A DNA stretch of 64,000 bases from Zygnema circumcarinatum SAG 698-1b (taxonomy: Eukaryota > Plantae > Zygnematophyceae), in contig CM074813.1 of assembly GCA_037447605.1 (NCBI GenBank), forward strand, positions 992,001 to 1,056,000, read 5' to 3'. Every line of letters begins with the position of its first letter. The first letter of the stretch is position 1. Shown in pieces: positions 24,659-35,638 of this stretch. The notes beneath the pieces were generated by a model. The model saw only the letters and a program-made list of their open reading frames with translations. It had not been told where the DNA came from and searched no databases. Position numbers and translations under genes: made by a program.

Positions 24659-25245
24659 TGTAGCGAAACGCTACAGTCACCCACGGGAGGTGTACTTAGG
24701 GCGCACTCCGTCCTAGTACTCTCACCCCGGGCGCGGGCCGAGTGGTCAAGGCATCGGGTACCACCTAGGACCAGGAAGGGTCCTGGGATCGAACCTTGCG
24801 AAAGTTGCAAGGGTTCGATGCGGCGCGGTATACCGAGACATATATGTATCGCGTCGCCGATGTGGTCAAGGAATCATAAACCTCACTCACATCTTCCTTA
24901 CGCTTTGGAACGTAACCGCCGCCCCGCATACCACGCGTTACCAAGCAGGACGACGATCGCCGGGCTGACCCGCCGCGCTGCCGTAGATCCGACCGCGGCA
25001 CCGACAGATGGCGGGCGCTACGGCCAGCGCGCTACCGCTGAATGCGGCGGAAAGTATCGTGACAGTAGGCCACCGACCCATTCGAAGTCAGAGAGGACAC
25101 GGGCAACGCTATTGACAAATTTCGCCTAATCCTCCATGTTGGTAGGAGGTTCAACGGGGGAAGCGTAAAGGGGCGTGGGTGACTGTCGTCACCCAACCAA
25201 CATACCGGCATACGGTTGCACGCCCGTCCCGGGCTGCTTCCCACT
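24659..25245 (+). mobile_element. Gypsy 3' LTR (right end uncertain)
   Basis: [13 protein letters not shown] followed by TAA and TGTAGCG. There is no 5' LTR to compare, so the end coordinate is a guess placed before the (CT)n run. Confidence 0.55.
24729..24800 (+). other. tRNA-like segment (A-box and B-box) inside the Gypsy LTR
   Basis: GGGCGCGGGCCGAGTGGTCAAGGCA resembles a tRNA 5' end and D-arm. CCTGGGATCGAACC resembles a T-arm/B-box. The anticodon arm and acceptor stem do not pair, so this is not called a functional tRNA. Confidence 0.5.
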
Positions 25246-25248
25246 CTG

Positions 25249-25282
<34 letters not shown>

Positions 25283-25487
25283 CTCGAAGTGCTGGTCGAG
25301 TGTTTTTCCGCGCAGGGCTGAAGGAGTCAGATCTCAGCCGTTACATGTGTGGTGAAGGAAAGATGGTGGAAAGGAGATGGAAGAAGAAGAAAGAAGAAAA
25401 GGAGAAGTGTACTGAAGGAAGAATGGTGTATGGAAGGAAGAAGAAGGTGTTGATGGAGATGAAAGTTACTAACTAACAAGTCACCGC

Positions 25488-26492
25488 TAGCTTGTCAGTT
25501 GTCGAAGTCCGCTGGCCTGTCCATAGTCACACCGGTTCTGCCGGGCCAGGTAAGTCCGGCCAAATACCGGCCGCCGTCACCGGTGAGTTAGTTTCCGCTT
25601 GTCGGCTCCGCTTGTCGCCGCCTGCGGTCCGGCCCGGCCGGGCCTCTGCTGCCAGTCCGCCACCCTCTCGACTATAAGACTTTGTCTCACGCTAGTCCGC
25701 CTATTTTAAAAACCTCTTATGTGGAATTTTCGACTAAGATAAGGTTCAGACTATTTTTTATTTCATACGTGAAATGACAAATAACCATACTTTGATTTCT
25801 AAAGACCCAGTCCCGAGATAACGAAATTCGAAACACCGATAAGGTTCAGATTCATGTTTATTATTTTCATATGTGAAAAGACAAATAACCCTAATTTACT
25901 AAGGACCCAAATTCCGAGATAACGAAAATCGTAAAACAATCAAAAGGTTCAGATCTATGTTTATTTTCATATGTAAAATGACAAATAACCGTATTCTTGA
26001 TTTCCTTCAAGGACCCAAATTCCGAGATAACGAAAATCGTAAAACACCGGGGTAAAAGGTTTATCTATGTTTATTTTCATATGTAAAATGACAAATAACC
26101 GTACTTTGATTAAGCACCCAACCTCGAGATAACGAAGATCTAAAAGAGCTGAAATCACAAACTTGGAAATCCGCATCAAAAACAAAGTTCGGTGATCAAT
26201 TTCTCATTCCTCCCACTTTTATAGTTTTCGTAAAGATTTAAGAGTTGTAGAGGTAAACCGGTAGGAAGAATGGTAGAAGACAGGAGGAAGAAAAGAAAGA
26301 GAGAGAGAGAGCTTTTACCATTTTTTTTCCTTTTCTTTTTCTTCTTTAATAATGTTTTTGTTTTTTTCCATTATGTGAGTATCGGCGTGTGTGTGGCTTT
26401 TTTTGTTTGTTTTTTTGTCTGTTCGCTTTTTTTTTTTTGAAAATTAAAAAAAAAAAAAAATAAAATAAAAAAATAATTATTATTTTTTTTTT

Positions 26493-26523
<31 letters not shown>

Positions 26524-27134
26524 GGATTTTTTTTTTTTGGGGTAGATTTTTGTGCGTGTGTGATTTTTCTACAAATAAGAAAAAAAAAAAAAAAAGGAAA
26601 CAAACTACTACAAATAGGGCCCTATGTTGTTAAGTTTGTTTTTTTTTTTTTCGACTGTGATGATGTTTGTGCGTGTCTCAATTTTCGTGTTAGACTAAAA
26701 AACAAGGGTTTTTATTTTTTTTTTTACATTTTTTTTTTTTAAGTTTTTTTTGAATTTTAAGATTTTAAGGTTTTATATATTTAGGTTAGTTATTTAGGTT
26801 TTTTAGAAATTTTATAGATATTTTTAGCATTTTAGCGCTTTTACAGTTTTTAATCTTTCAGAATTTTACAGTTTTAGTCAGTCCGTTAGCTTGTCAGTTT
26901 GTCGGGAAGTCTGTCAGTCTGTCCGTTAGTCAAGTCGTCTGTCTGTCGGACAGGCGTCCGTCTGTCAGCCGGGGTCTGTCGGTCGTCAGCGTCTGCGAGT
27001 TAGTCGGTTTGTCCGGTTTGTCGGCCAGTTCGCGTGTCCGTCCGTCAGTCAGTCGGCTAGTCCGCCAGTCCTCTGACTATAAAGACTTTGTCTGTCGGCC
27101 AGTCCGCCATTTTAAAAACATCTTACGTGGAATT
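25488..27134. repeat. Pair of diverged direct repeats (25488-25728 and 26887-27134)
   Basis: Both begin TAGCTTGTCAGTT and end GACTATAA(A)GACTTTGTCT..AGTCCGCC(T)ATTTTAAAAAC(C/A)TCTTA(T/C)GTGGAATT. Confidence 0.75.
25739..26136. repeat. Tandem repeat, 4 units of about 100-110 bp
   Basis: Unit AAGGTTCAGATCTATGTTTATTTTCATATGTAAAATGACAAATAACCGTA..GACCCAAATTCCGAGATAACGAAAATCG starts near 25739, 25839, 25942 and 26053. Confidence 0.9.
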
Positions 27135-28115
27135 AACGATAATATAGAAATTGAAAACATCGATAAACATCAAAAATTATTGGCAACGTGGCAACACTTG
27201 ATTGAATAAAATAAGACCCATTTCCTACAAAAAATCAAGAAAACACACAACACCCACGTCGCAATCTCTGACTGATAACACGTATACACATTCCGTTCCA
27301 CAATCCAAAAAAAAAATTTTAAATTGACACTTGATGACAGAATGATGTGTCATTCTGTCGTCAAGTTTGTGTGTGGTTTTTTTTTGATTTTTTTTCCCAT
27401 TTTAGGGCTACGTGGCAACACCCGACTGGATAAAAAACATACCCCATATCCTACAAACGATCCAAAAAAACACCACAATACCAACGTGGCAATTTCTAAC
27501 TGGATTAAAAGTAAAAATGGATAAAGTTTCGTTTCAACGCTGCCCGTAGAAACGAAACGTAATATGAGTACATAAATACGCGATATACCCCATTTTAACC
27601 GCATTCGATCCAACGAAGAGCACACCAATCAGGACGCGCGACGTGGCAACGTCACACTCGCGGAAATTATACCCCATTTTCATCAAAATCATCTTTGACA
27701 CCTTAATCGAATAATCGTACGGATGAAAACGATGACAAAGCTTTTGCCTACGGCAACGCAAAAACAGTGCGGTGGGATATCCAAAATAGGGGGTGAAATA
27801 TCCGAAACAGAGGGTGGGATAACCAAAATGGGCAGGCAAATTTTTCAAAAGGGGGGTGTAATAACCAAAATAGGGGGGTGCAGTAGCATTCTCCAAGGCC
27901 CGACGAGAATACCGTACTGTACCGTATGAATCGTACGAACGACTTGACGTGAAAGCCACGTGGGCCGTACGAGTGCGTGCCAGCGCCGAGTCCGTACAGC
28001 GCGAGGGAGGGCGGCCACTTGGCGGCCCCTCCGGCGCTGTTCCCTGGAGGCGCGCGCTGATTGGACTGGACGGCGGCCGGAGGGAGGGAGGGAGGAGTGG
28101 CAGGGAGGGAGGGAG

Positions 28116-28223
28116 GGATGGATGGATGGATGGATGGATGGATGGATGGATGGATGGAAGGATGGATGGGTGGACGAGTGGATGGGTGGATGGGTGGATG
28201 GGTGGATGGGTGGATGGGTGGAT
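28116..28223. repeat. (GGAT)n/(GGGT) microsatellite
   Basis: Direct reading; lies upstream of MRS2. Confidence 0.9.
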
Positions 28224-29232
28224 GGCAGTGAGAGGAATGAATGGTGCATGACGTGAAGGGCACATGCCTGACAGCTGAAAGTAGGGAGGGCAATACGGGA
28301 ATCTGGTCTGCGGGGAGGGAGGAAGGCATGAAACAGGCAGGGGAGAGAAGCAGAAAGAAGATCAAAATTTGACAGTTGTAAGTGAAAGAAAGGTTGTGCT
28401 AGTTGAATGTGCTGCCTGGTTTCGGGATTGCGTCGTGGAGGGAGAATTGAGTTTTTGGTGTTTTCTCGTATTTGAAAAATGCTTTTCAGAATTGGCAAGC
28501 TTGGAGCAAAGTGACTTAGTTAGCTGCATGCTTCGAGATTTGTCTTTAGGACGAAGGATTGGACCAATCCTTTATCTATTTCAGACTATTTAGTTTATTG
28601 TTATTCAACTCTCCTGATGAAGACAATACAGAAATTGGTGAAAGTAGGGTGCTCTTGCTCTCTGCCTTATGTATCCAACGTGAGGGCCTTGCAGATGTCT
28701 TGTCCAAAGCAGGATTTTGCGCTCCTTATAGGCATTATAAAAGCTTGTATATGAAGCTCCATGGATACTCCATGAACTGTACTCGCCAAATGATAAAAAC
28801 ACTTCCGGTAACACTTCCACTTCGTTCATTCAACGTTGAATTTCTGTTTCGGAACTGAAGACGATATTGGGAGCTATTCGAACATCATTCGTTGTAGCTT
28901 GACAGTACAGGAGCAAATTCTTGAGGTTACCTGAAGACTTCTCCGACAGTTGGCCAGAGTAGTCTTCAAATGATAGAGAATTTAAGGGTATAAATGCTTA
29001 CATTTGAACGATAGAGAAGTTGGCAGTGCAGAACCAACTCACCTCAGTACCAGAAACCACTTCAGGCCTTCCTTCCACAGAATGCAACCAACCATGCTAT
29101 GTTTTCGATAAATTGGGTAGCTTTGCAGTCCAGAGGCAATTACTTGAATTTATCTGACTGCATAACTTCTGCCAAAGCACAAGAACAGTAGCAGAGTACG
29201 TGCCGGTTCTGATGGTCTTTTCTTAGGCCAAA

Positions 29233-32200
29233 ATGAAGAAAGAAGCCATGGCTGAGATGAAGCAGAAGCTGCTTCCTTCAAAACCTGCCCCCTCTGTGGC
29301 AGCCACAGCTCTAAGACCTCCGACTCCGCCAATCGGAGCTTCAGGGCGAGCCTTGCCGCCTGCAGACCTTGGTTTGGTAAAGAAGGCGAGGCAGGGGGTG
29401 AGGTCTTGGATCAGCATTGACTGGAAGGGCTATGTAAAGGTGATCGAAGCGGACAAAGTAACTATTATGCGCAGGTGGGCTGTCTCAAAAGCCCTTTTCT
29501 TTTTATATGTCTTTCACTTCATGTCTCACAACATCACTCAGCTCCTTTTTTTGAGAAAGCCCATCGCGCTAGCAGTTGAATTTACAAGTTGTAAGTTACA
29601 TCCTACAACCAACTAACACCTTGTCAGCTGAAGGAAGTGACCTCACCCGAGGCATGTCCCCTCCTTTCCGACCTTTCCTTTCAGCCAAGGCTTAGTCTGG
29701 CCACCTAATCACCGCTACTCCTTTGAACCATGTGCTCTTAGGCACCTTCGGCCACACTTCCTGAGCAAGGTCACTATGGCTTTCTAACAAGCCGTAAAAA
29801 CGAAAAAAGAAGGACGGAATCAATAGCACACTCTGTTTACAGCAATCAGACAATGACTGAACATGAAATCGGTTTTGAAAGACAGTTTTTGTCTTATGTT
29901 AGACAGGCATGTTCTCCCTTCGAAGAAAGTTTTCTGGGATTAAATTGCCCTTCTCCTGTGCTGGCAATTAGTTGGCAAACACTCTTTCTGCGTGACGCAA
30001 GACTCTTCTCAAACAATAACTTGAAACTCCTCGATGTTCAACCTACATTGAGACTTCAATTTCAGCACTGCAGTTTCTGAAATTTGAATGTTGGATATTG
30101 AGCTGACATCTGAACTTCCTCCTTTCACCTTCTCTCCACTCCTTTCTCGTTTCTCCTTCTCATCTAACGTGAAGTTTGAACTTGACTTTGGACAGGTGTG
30201 AGCTACCAGCTCGGGACCTACGTCTTTTGGATCCCCTTTTCGTTTATCCCTCTACCATTTTGGGGCGTGAAAAGGCGATTGTGGTTAATCTGGAGCAGAT
30301 TCGCTGCATCATTACAGCGGAGGAGTGTCTTCTCTTGAACACACCGAGCCCGGTAGTGCAAGAAGTGAGTATGGAAGCATGTGCTTCGTTTCTCGGATTT
30401 AATCTGGTTACTCTCAGCAGAAGTTAGGTGTTCTTTTGAATAAGACACAGTTGAAGGCAGTTGATGATGTCAGTCTGAGAGGGTAAAGAACAGGGTAAGG
30501 GATAGTGGAAGAGGCAGGGAAAACGGAGAAGTTGGGGAGAGGAAGGGAGATTTGGAGGGAGAGGAGGCGAGGGAGAGGGACTGGAAGAGAAGGATAAGGA
30601 AGAGGGATAGATAGAGGAAAGAGAAAAACGGGTGAAAGCGTGTAACAGGGAAGGATAAGCTGGGAGAGTGATGGCAAGCGGAAAAGGGGGCTGGCGGGGT
30701 TTTGGAAGTGGAAAAGGGAAGATAGAGGCAGGGAGTCGGGGAAGGTGGAAGAGGAAGGGAAGAAATGAAAATGGGATGGGAAGGAGAGTGACGAGGGAAT
30801 CAGGAAGTTGGGCTAAGGGGGCGATGGGATAATGGGAGGGAGAGTGTGGGGGAGAGCGAGAGAGAGGAAGTGAGCTGGCTGTTCTCATGGATAGCTAATT
30901 GTTCACGACGGTGCATGGCAGTACAAGAAGGAGCTCCAAAGGCGTATTATGACAGATGACCTGCAGGCCAGCCCAACTCTTAGGCAATTTCCTGGAAGGT
31001 ACGGACTGGCTATTGGGAAGTTTCTTGGAACAATAAAGCATCGTTTGGGATATGTTTATGGTTTTCAACATTTGGGGAAAGCGGAGAAGCGATGGGTCAG
31101 AGTGAAAGTAGGAGCCGGAGAGGCTTCGGGTGAAGGAGACGGGAGGGGCGAGAGGAGAAAAGAGAGCAAGTTCGAAAGAAAAGGGGTTTCGATGAGAGGG
31201 ACAGAGGGAGTGGGACAGGGAGAGAGAAGGGGTTGAAGAGGAGCATTGTTTGTTGCAGTGGACGTTTGACATTTGTGCCCGCGCGAAATTGTGACACAGG
31301 GGAACCGGTGGGCAGGTCGATAGCCTGAACTTGCTTGGGGGGAGACCTTTCAGTTCCAATAATACCCAGTGAGCCATCATTTTTCCCTTGAAGCCTTTGC
31401 AATGTGAGGAAAGGATCTTCTATACAAAATGCTGACAGAAAGAGGACGGACAATGATGGGATTATGCCACCTAAATTTGTGTTGTGCAGTTCGAGCATTC
31501 CTTAGACAAGAGTGAAATTTGGGATGTCAACATGGATGATGTCTTACTTCAGCAGAGTGAAGGCAATAAATAATTGGTGTCTGAACTGCTGAAGGAAGGA
31601 TGGCTTGAAATAGGCAAGCGCATTCATGGTTCAGCGATGAAGGATATTTTACCGTAGAAAACAACCGTTTTACGCTAACTACGTGCTTTAGTTAATTCTA
31701 ATCTCTTTTCTCTACATGGACAAAATTATCATGGGGAACCACGAGGAACTGGTCACAAAGGACCTAAGGACAAAAGAAAAAAGCTATGAAAGCTAGGCTA
31801 TGAAAATAAAAGCACATGATAAGTATTGGACTTACTTTCGTTGTTTGGGTTATTTTGTAGGACGTGGCCTGATGCTTCAGATAATCACGATACGAAACAG
31901 TAAGTGCTGCAACGTTCTGGTTTAACTAGCAGTTATAGTTCTCCAGTATCAGCGGTAAGGAGTGGCATTAAATGGTTCTACATCATTTCTTGTTACAATA
32001 CCTTTAGCTCGTTTTCAATAGTCCTGAAGGTGATCACGGCTTCCCTTTAGTCTTACCAACTTGTTTTCTCGGAGGTGGGCAGACGGCTGCTGAATGATCA
32101 TGACATGTTCAGCGGGACGGGGGTCGGGAACGAGGACCAGCCATTCGAATTTCGTGCTTTAGAATTGGCGTTGGAAGCTGCATGCACATCATTAGACACC

Positions 32201-34684
32201 GAAGTATGTGTTGGTTGTCATCCTCCTTAAATTCATTGAAAGGGGTCGAGTTCTGGCAATCGCGTCTAATTCTCTCCTTTTATTTTCCTCCATCAATATG
32301 TTAGGTCACAGGATTGAAATCAAAACCAAATCAAAATCAATCGATGTCCATGATTTCTGTGCGTGGGGGGTTCTTTCCATATCAATCTCCTATATATCAC
32401 CCCATGGAGATGCTAGTTAGATTTGGGAACCTCGTTTGCTAACTCCTTTCCCCCGTTTTGTAAGCCCACCTTTCACCTCCCACTCCCACCTTCCCACCTT
32501 CCCACTCTCGGTTATGCCACCCTTCCCCACTCCCCTCCGAGGTAGGTTATCAGACAAAGAGACTTCGGAGGTTTTTTTTTCTGATCAAGGTGAAAGGCAG
32601 CAGGCATCCAAGTTGGAATGGGAGGCCTATCCCCTCCTGGAGCAGTTGGCATTCCAAATCAGCACCCGGAATTTGGAACTTGTTCGACGCCTCAAATCCA
32701 ACTTGGTTGCTTTGACTCGACGAGTCCAGAAGGTGAGGAGTTTGAAGAGGCATGTTGCCAAGACAAGATTAGACTGCATCATTCTTGGGAGCAGTGAATC
32801 AGGGGGCACACAAATTCATGTTGCCAAACATGTGTACATTTAGGGTTTTTATCTACTTTAAAGAAGAATTTCATCACAGCATAGCATTAAGGACGGCACT
32901 AGGACGGTAGAATGATGGAATAGTACCATATGTGTAAAGATTTCATGCTTTGGATCTGAATCAAAGTCTACTTTAATTTAAATATCTGTGGGTATTTGCT
33001 TCCTTGAAGGTGCGTGATGAAGTTGAGCAGCTGATGGATGATGATGGCGACATGGCGGAAATGTATTTGACCGAAAAAAAGATTCGGTTGGAGGCATCTG
33101 GCCATAGAAAAGAGGCAGCATTTGGGTCGGTGGCAGCTCCGCACAGCCCCCCTGCGCAGTGGAGCTCTCTCTCAGCTCCAGTTTCTCCTGTGGGCTCACC
33201 CAAGGTGCAGACTCTCCGCTTTTCTCTCTCTCGCTCTCTCCCTCTCTCTCTCCCTCTCCCTCTCCTTCTCCCTCACTAACCCCCCCCCCCCAGCCACAGG
33301 TGTCCATTCCCTCTCTCTACTCAAATACTTATCTTTCTGTCCTCTTGCTGTCGCTCGTGCTACCTCGTCCTTCTCAATCCCCTCGTCTCCTCTCACCACA
33401 TCCTCCCTCACCGCTCTCTCCCTATCCATCTCTCGCTCTCTTGAGCCATGTATCCTCCCCCACTCTCTTCGGCCATAGTTCTGTATCATTCTTCCTCCCT
33501 CTTAGCCACCTCAAATGTTTCTCAATACATTTGTTTGATGTACATTCACTTGCATCAGAATGACTCAATCAAGCTTGCGGTTGAAGCAGAGGATGGCGGC
33601 GATTTTCTTGCATCTATGCAAGCGGTGTTGTTTATAAGGGAGGATCATGGAATTCAGACTTCTAGATGCGCATGTTTCAGGAAGGAGGCAGTGTATTGTA
33701 TCAACGGCATCAACCATACGAACCGTCAACCATACGTACTTTAAGCGCACACGATAGCATTGGGACTCGTTCAGAGGGCTCGGAGGTCGAGAATGTGGAG
33801 GAGTTGGAAATGCTTTTGGAAGCGTATTTTGTGGTTGTTGATGGAACTTTAAATAAGCTGACCCAGGTACAGCTACTCTCCTACTCTTTTGATGATATGG
33901 ATGTGTTAGGCTACAAGGGATGGAATCGTGGGGAGACATTCAGATGTTTTGTCTCTCTCGTCAGACTCCGTCTCCGAATCCCTCTGCCTCCCCATTTTCT
34001 ATCCTTTCTTACAGGTTTCCTCTTCTTTTTCAGCTTTGCCTTTCCCCTCCCCATTTCAACAAAAGTGTGTAATTATTGCAAGTTTCTTCAAATGCACTTA
34101 TACCTTACAGAGAGGTGTTCCAAAAGTAGCTTTAAGTTTTGAAGGTTCCTTAAAAGATGCTCTACTGGAAATGAATGGCAGTTGTCTCAATACATTGACG
34201 ATACCGAGGACTTCATCAACATTCAGCTCGTAAGTTCTCTTTAACCCCTACGATGTCCGTGCTCTCTATTCCACAAAACCACCAGTCGCATTGCAACTCG
34301 TGGCAGAATGCAGGGCGTTGATTTTTTCCAGCAACCCCTCTCTAAGGACCCTTTAACGCCTTAACCCCTCTAAACTCCCAAAGTTCTGAATCCCAATCCT
34401 CTGCTAATCCCTGTTCCTTACCATTTGCCCACCCGAGTTTGGACCCTGTGCAGGATAATGTCCGAAATCAGCTGATTCAGTTTGAGCTTCTGCTGACGAC
34501 GGCCACCTTTGTAGTGGCCCTAGTGGGAGTGGTGGCCGGCATGTTTGGCATGAATGTGCCTCTAGGGGTGGAGGATGACCCGTATGCCTTCACATGGATC
34601 CTCTGGTGCACGGGCGTGGGGGGGTGCACGCTCTTCTGCCTCTTTTTGCTTTACTTCAAGTATAGAAATTTGACCATCACTTAG
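29233..34684 (+). CDS. MRS2: MRS2/MGT (CorA-like) magnesium transporter, 10 exons, about 478 aa
   Basis: Exons 29233-29474, 30196-30364, 30922-30998, 31861-31899, 32083-32203, 32604-32732, 33010-33204, 33681-33866, 34182-34229 and 34454-34684 join in phase. Motifs [64 protein letters not shown], and two TM helices with GMN. Confidence 0.94.
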
Positions 34685-35638
34685 GCTCAAAGGAGAAAGG
34701 GAGGGAGGAAGGGGCACGAAGCAGGGGTCTGGGGCTCCCCAGGGCCCATTGTATAGAAAAGGTATAAAAAAGGTGTCCCGAAAAAAAATATTTTTTCCTT
34801 TGTCATTTTTGTTCTCATTGTTTACGGGCGGTGATTTAAGGAGCTTCCTTCGTAACACGCAGTGTCATGCGGAAGGATCTTTTTCCACAAATGTGGCTCT
34901 CCTCGACGAGATCAGACAGTCTATTGAACCCAAGCCAACCAACTCGTAGTCTAGTCACGTAAACGACTGATTGACTAGCCGCTGAGCTAGCCCTAACCGC
35001 TCTCACTGCTTTCCTCTCCCGCTCTTCCGCATCTATTTCCTGCTGCAGACTTTCAATTTCGCTCCCACACTCCTTTACTCGAGTTACTTCTCCATTCGAT
35101 TTCCGCCAACAGATTCCGAATGGTTCGATAGGGAAGCCTGCATTCCTACCTTCAGGGCCTTCACCACAACAAACAACTCCTCGCCTGCTTCCGCCACTGG
35201 TATTCATTCATGCCCGCCAATCGCATAAACCTGAAATCCTTCAATGCTTGTATTGAAAGCCCAAAGATGCTCCATCTCCTCCATCACACGAGAGCAAAAG
35301 CGGAAAATGAAATGGTTGCTTTTTTTGAGGGATTTTTGCTGCGCCCTTTTAGAGGAGGAATATTAAAGCCAACGGCCGCTTTTCAATCAACTGGCAGCAA
35401 ATTGGTCGTACCGACCCATATTATCCATTGTAGATATCATCGATATATCGAGACTAAAAGGCAGCATTCTGAATATCGCGATATCGAAAGCATCATATGC
35501 AAACTGCGCGAGCTTGGCCAGCTGGCGGCATGGCGCCTGCTCGCCCTGAACCCTCGTCAGGGGTTTGAGCTTAGGAGGGTTCTTGCCCCAGGCTGCGGGA
35601 GCCATAGAGAGGAGTGGAGGAAGTGGGAGAGGGAAGCC

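Larger units (their letters stand above)
11509..27894. mobile_element. Mutator-like (MULE) element, 16.4 kb including nested LTR retrotransposons
   Basis: Left end GGAGAATGCTACTGCACCCCCTATTTTGGTTAT.. matches the inverted right end ..ATAACCAAAATAGGGGGGTGCAGTAGCATTCTCC. Identical 8-bp flanks AAGGCCCG at 11501-11508 and 27895-27902. The span includes one N gap. Confidence 0.85.

Noticed and set aside
24729-24800. Functional tRNA gene
   Set aside because: The acceptor and anticodon stems do not pair in this sequence; kept only as tRNA-like.
25739-26136. CRISPR-like periodic repeat
   Set aside because: Whole units of about 100 bp are repeated with no unique spacers, there are no cas genes, and the context is eukaryotic.
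26250-26870. Hydrophobic F/K-rich ORFs
   Set aside because: Poly-A/T low-complexity and probably low-quality sequence.
35210-35638. N-terminal extension of DUS3 suggested by the 193-aa ORF
   Set aside because: The upstream part looks like promoter sequence; ATG 35639 (GCCATGG) is the more plausible start.
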